NCBI GenBank assembly: GCA_002498125.1
Contig: DAGG01000027.1
Span: 35,862-99,861 of the forward strand
DNA: 64,000 nt
Direction of reading: 5' to 3'
DNA from: Candidatus Woesearchaeota archaeon UBA525
Lineage (GTDB): Archaea > Nanobdellota > Nanobdellia > Woesearchaeales > UBA525
Shown here: positions 60,400 through 64,000 of the stretch, piece after piece
Numbering within the stretch: position 1 is the stretch's first letter
How the letters are laid out: each line of letters opens with the position of its first letter
Notes under the pieces: model-generated
What the model was told of the DNA's origin: nothing
Database searches by the model: none
What the model saw: the letters and a program-made list of their open reading frames with translations, nothing else
Program-made: the position numbers and the translations under genes

Positions 60400-60531
60400 A
60401 TGTACAAATGCTTCTTCTGCAATAAAGAGCTCAAAGAGGAGAACATCAAGAAGCGCGTCAGGTGCATCTACTGCGGCAGCAAGATTGTCTTCAAAGGACG
60501 CACCAGCCCGACGAAAGTCATTGCTAGGTAA
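60400..60531 (+). CDS. rpoP: RNA polymerase subunit P (Rpo12/RpoP)
   Basis: 43 aa MYKCFFCNKE...RCIYCGSKI zinc ribbon; manual call immediately after rpl37ae. Confidence 0.65.
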   Translation: MYKCFFCNKELKEENIKKRVRCIYCGSKIVFKGRTSPTKVIAR

Positions 60532-60598
60532 TCTCCATCATTTTTTACGCTTAACACATCAACAGACGCCAGTGTCGCCGCGACACGCATGAGCGAAC

Positions 60599-60829
60599 AT
60601 GAAGCTCACAGCAACGATCACCACGGAAGAACCGTACGGCAAGATGCAGAGGCTCTTCGCGTCAGAGCTCGAGCGCAAACACGAGCGGTCCAGCATCACA
60701 CTGGAGGACGAGGACGGCAACGCATCGTTCCGTATAACAGCCAATGACACCACCGCGCTACGCGCGGCGGTGAACACCGTGACGAGCACGCTCGGAATGC
60801 ACGAGAAGACGCTTGAGGCGACCAAATGA
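60599..60829 (+). CDS. pcc1: KEOPS subunit Pcc1-like
   Basis: ~76 aa; position next to the translation genes; ALRAAVNT pattern. Confidence 0.45.
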   Translation: MKLTATITTEEPYGKMQRLFASELERKHERSSITLEDEDGNASFRITANDTTALRAAVNTVTSTLGMHEKTLEATK

Positions 60830-61140
60830 CTGACGATTCTAAGCTCCAACGCATGCAATCAGTAGAGCAAGCACTCCATACCCAGACAGCGCAGCGCGCA
60901 GCACACCAATCGCAGATGAACGAGGTAGAGAACGCGACGCGCGAACTCGCTGAAGCGAAGGAGAGCTACCGCATCGTCGGGAACATCATGGTCAAGGCAG
61001 CTCCTGAGAAGCTGAAAAGCGAGCTTGAGGAGCGCAAAGCGACGCTGCAGGCGCGCATCAGCGCGATTGAGCGCCAGGAGCAGAAGCTACGCGAGGAGAT
61101 GCAGCGGCTGCAGAAGGAGATACTGGGGGCGAAAGAATGA
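60826..61140 (+). CDS. pfdB: prefoldin beta subunit
   Basis: Coiled-coil / beta-hairpin (YRIVGNIMV) / coiled-coil architecture. Confidence 0.7.
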   Translation: MTDDSKLQRMQSVEQALHTQTAQRAAHQSQMNEVENATRELAEAKESYRIVGNIMVKAAPEKLKSELEERKATLQARISAIERQEQKLREEMQRLQKEILGAKE

Positions 61141-61382
61141 AATTCACAAAGGTAGAGATATCGATGAGGATGCTCCAAGAGGATACCAGCACGCCGCGCA
61201 GCGTCCGCGAGAAGCTCGGGAACATGATCAACTACCTCAGGACGGCAGAAGATGACAGCACCAAGGTCTCAAACGTCCTCGGCCAGCTCGAAGAGCTCTC
61301 AAGCGACGTGAACATCCCACCGTTCGTGCGCACGCAGCTCTTCAGCATCAGCAGCATGCTCGAGCAGATAGAGAACAACTAG
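61137..61382 (+). CDS. small conserved archaeal protein (UPF0147-like)
   Basis: 81 aa helical protein in the pfdB neighbourhood. Confidence 0.35.
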   Translation: MKFTKVEISMRMLQEDTSTPRSVREKLGNMINYLRTAEDDSTKVSNVLGQLEELSSDVNIPPFVRTQLFSISSMLEQIENN

Positions 61383-61386
61383 CCTC

Positions 61387-61812
61387 TTGAATTCTCCACT
61401 CTTCATGTCCATCGAGCTAGCGACAGAGCAGGATCTTGAGGGGATTATGCAAGCCAACAAAGGGCTCAAATCCATAGAGCACAAGATCCACAATCCCGAG
61501 ACTGTGAAGCTGCTCATCAGCAATGAACAATTCTATGTCGCAAAAGGCGATGAGGTCTACGGAGCACTATCCCTTGGCGAGAAGGATGAATTCCTCTATA
61601 TCTACACGCTCTCTGTCCGGGAAGAGCATAAACATAGAGGAGTTGGCACATCTCTCGTCGAATTCGCCATATCCCTGGCCCGCGAGGGGGAGTACCCTGG
61701 AGTGAAAGTCTCTTCGCACCACTCCTTCCATGCGAAAGAGTTCTACCTGAAGCACGGTTTTGAGATAGAGAAAGATTACGGGGACGGATACCTCTTCACC
61801 ATGCAGTTCTAA
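61387..61812 (+). CDS. GNAT N-acetyltransferase
   Basis: HRGVGTSLV acetyl-CoA binding motif. Confidence 0.7.
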   Translation: MNSPLFMSIELATEQDLEGIMQANKGLKSIEHKIHNPETVKLLISNEQFYVAKGDEVYGALSLGEKDEFLYIYTLSVREEHKHRGVGTSLVEFAISLAREGEYPGVKVSSHHSFHAKEFYLKHGFEIEKDYGDGYLFTMQF

Positions 61813-64000
61813 CGCTGCATGAGCTCCATATCGACGACGAGCTCATCCCACCCGACAGACAATAGCTTTTTCCTAATCTCGGTCTCAGACACTCCCTTCG
61901 TGCGCTGCGCAATGATGTACTGCCGAAGCGGCAGCATCGGATCGTGTTCTGGCGGACGGCTGTGGCTGGCAGCGCGTTGCTGTTCGCCTTCTGCTTTCAC
62001 CTCCTCGAGATGCGCAGTCTCCCGTTCCTGGTACTCCTGGTACTGCCTCACGCCAACGCTTGCACCGACACCGACGATGATCAACACGCCGATAACGTAG
62101 ACCCAACTCGGAATGCTGCTCTTCTTTGGCAGAGGGGCAGATACGAACTCAGCAGGCTTCTCCTCCGCGGGGACAACCGGGACCTCGGTGCTGGCGACAG
62201 GAGCTGTGACGGTCTCGCTTGCCGGCGCTCCTTGCGGGGGAGCGCTCAAGCGACCGATGGCGAAGAAGCTGAAGCCAGGCACATATGACATGTAGACATA
62301 GTCGTATCCCGTGTCGCCAGTCTTGAGCGCGTCGTACGCCACCCACTTCCCCGACTCTAGGCGGTAAAGCCCGATGTCATCGACAGTGATGCCCCGCTCT
62401 TTCATCCATGCTTTAGACACCTTGAACTCAATGATGCGCTGGTCCGTTCCTTCAAGCCCCTGGTGATCGATAGAGAGGTACTTGTAGATTGTGCTCGGCG
62501 CGTCAGGAATCGCTGTCGGCTTGCCATTGTGCTGGTTGATTGTCACCTTAGCGGAAGCCACCTCTGATGCGAATCGGAGCGTGATGCTCGTGAACACGAG
62601 GTCCTTGGGCACATAGGTGATGGTCTGCCCCGGCTTTATCGCACCCCATACACGCGCATCGCGCTTCTCCACAGCACCAGGGAGCGGCGCTCCACTAGCT
62701 CCGCCTCCGCCCGCTCCAGCACTCGAACCCATACTCGGCGAGAGGGTGGTGAAGAACCCTGTCGCTGACGTACCACAGTTGCCCTTGGCGTCGCAGCCAG
62801 TGAGGTTGTAGTAGTACGTCGTCTCCTCCTCCAAGTCCGTGAGTGTGATGGTCGTGGAATTCTTCTGCGTCGTATCGCTCTTGGTTGAAGTGAGATTGCC
62901 CAACCCTATACCATAACGTACCGCAAAGGTCACTGGCTCGTTTGCGCTGCCGCTGATCTCCGCACGCGTCCTGTCGACAGTGCCGAGCGTGACGCCGGAG
63001 ATGTTCGGCCTGACCGTGTCGTTGACTGTGATGACACTCCGGTCCACGCTGCTCACACCGAACCTGTTCGTGCAGTTCACGCTGAGGTTGTAGACACCGT
63101 CCGTAGCGGAATGATTTGCGTAGTGGCGCAAGGAGTCCCCCTCATCAAAGAAGTCATCAAGGTCAAGCGCTCCGGTCTTGTATGTCGTGCCGACGCTGCC
63201 ATTCCAAAGGCTGATGTTGTATGCGCAATACGATGTCGTGGATGGGAATGAATCGGTAACATGGATATAGAGCTGCACCACGCTCTGGTTGATAGTGGCA
63301 GGAGAGACCATGCCTGTGCTGATGATCGATGGCGCCTGGATGACTTCGATACCATCAGTGCCTGTGAACATGGGCAAGAAGAGCTTGACAGACTCGGATG
63401 TGTTCGTGTAGCAGACGTCCGAGAGAGCGATAGGCCCTACCGGCACCGAGCTGCACTCTGGTACGCGAGTCCATATCGGAGGAGTGACATAGTAGAACGA
63501 CTTGTTCACAGAGGAGAAGTTGAACTCGACACTCACGACCGCATCCACCCCCTGATCGAAGAAGGCTGCCGAAGAGGAGCTGTAGAGGCTCAGCGTCGCG
63601 TTCTCTGCGCTGCTCGGCTCAGCCATGATGAAGGAGAACTCCTCATCAGACGCATTCCATCGCAGGCCGAGGCCGTCGAGACCGGAGTGGTTGATAATCG
63701 CTCTGAACGGCAATCGGTTGGTGCTGTTTTCGAGGGTAACAATGACATCGACCGTCTTGTTGATGTAGTCAGTAATGCTCGTGATATCCGTGCCGTTCGT
63801 CACATTGAAACCCGTGATCATGCCTTTGCCCACATACTGCAATGCTATTGCCGACAGGTTGAGCGGCACATTGGCTACAAGCTCAATATCGACCGTGTCC
63901 GAGAACACCGCGGGATCCATGGTCGCATTGATGCTGATGTAGTTCTTTCCCGCCGTGAGGTTGTACACCACTGACGCCGGAACGCTCGAGAGCGAGATCT
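61809..64000 (-). CDS. large cell-surface (S-layer-like) glycoprotein, partial; N-terminus beyond window end
   Basis: Dozens of N-x-S/T sequons; beta-rich; C-terminal TM helix plus ~90-aa cytoplasmic tail. Confidence 0.5.
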   Translation of the reverse strand, partial: ISLSSVPASVVYNLTAGKNYISINATMDPAVFSDTVDIELVANVPLNLSAIALQYVGKGMITGFNVTNGTDITSITDYINKTVDVIVTLENSTNRLPFRAIINHSGLDGLGLRWNASDEEFSFIMAEPSSAENATLSLYSSSSAAFFDQGVDAVVSVEFNFSSVNKSFYYVTPPIWTRVPECSSVPVGPIALSDVCYTNTSESVKLFLPMFTGTDGIEVIQAPSIISTGMVSPATINQSVVQLYIHVTDSFPSTTSYCAYNISLWNGSVGTTYKTGALDLDDFFDEGDSLRHYANHSATDGVYNLSVNCTNRFGVSSVDRSVITVNDTVRPNISGVTLGTVDRTRAEISGSANEPVTFAVRYGIGLGNLTSTKSDTTQKNSTTITLTDLEEETTYYYNLTGCDAKGNCGTSATGFFTTLSPSMGSSAGAGGGGASGAPLPGAVEKRDARVWGAIKPGQTITYVPKDLVFTSITLRFASEVASAKVTINQHNGKPTAIPDAPSTIYKYLSIDHQGLEGTDQRIIEFKVSKAWMKERGITVDDIGLYRLESGKWVAYDALKTGDTGYDYVYMSYVPGFSFFAIGRLSAPPQGAPASETVTAPVASTEVPVVPAEEKPAEFVSAPLPKKSSIPSWVYVIGVLIIVGVGASVGVRQYQEYQERETAHLEEVKAEGEQQRAASHSRPPEHDPMLPLRQYIIAQRTKGVSETEIRKKLLSVGWDELVVDMELMQR

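Overview
This ~60% GC window appears to be archaeal. It carries hallmark archaeal informational genes (r-proteins S3Ae and L37ae, RpoP, prefoldin beta, Pcc1, Bud32, RNase P protein Rpp21, a NIP7-like PUA protein, Dph6 and an interrupted Dph2, tRNA-Pro) alongside many bacterial-type genes (topA, orphan gyrB, phosphoketolase-acetate kinase, Lgt, CopA/CopZ/ArsR, multicopper oxidase). Three blocks stand out. (1) About 13.4-27.6 kb is a dense copper/metal-homeostasis island with many uncharacterised Cys-motif membrane proteins. Three proteins begin M(D/E)CC and two end MVGGC. A TGAAAC/GTTTCA operator cluster and an Lgt homologue also sit in this island. (2) About 34.7-43.7 kb is a tightly coupled seven-gene operon of unknown function, transcribed divergently from a tandem Lrp/AsnC regulator and separated from it by a shared AT-rich promoter region. 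It is built around a Vps4/meiotic-clade-like AAA+ ATPase, a long coiled-coil protein and an EF-hand-like membrane-anchored protein. This is the best candidate for an undescribed system. (3) A dph2 gene is split by a single in-frame TAA, and tRNA-Pro is followed ~85 nt downstream by a copy of its own 3' end. No CRISPR array, integrase or transposase was seen. All functional calls are by motif recognition on the translations and need homology searches to confirm.
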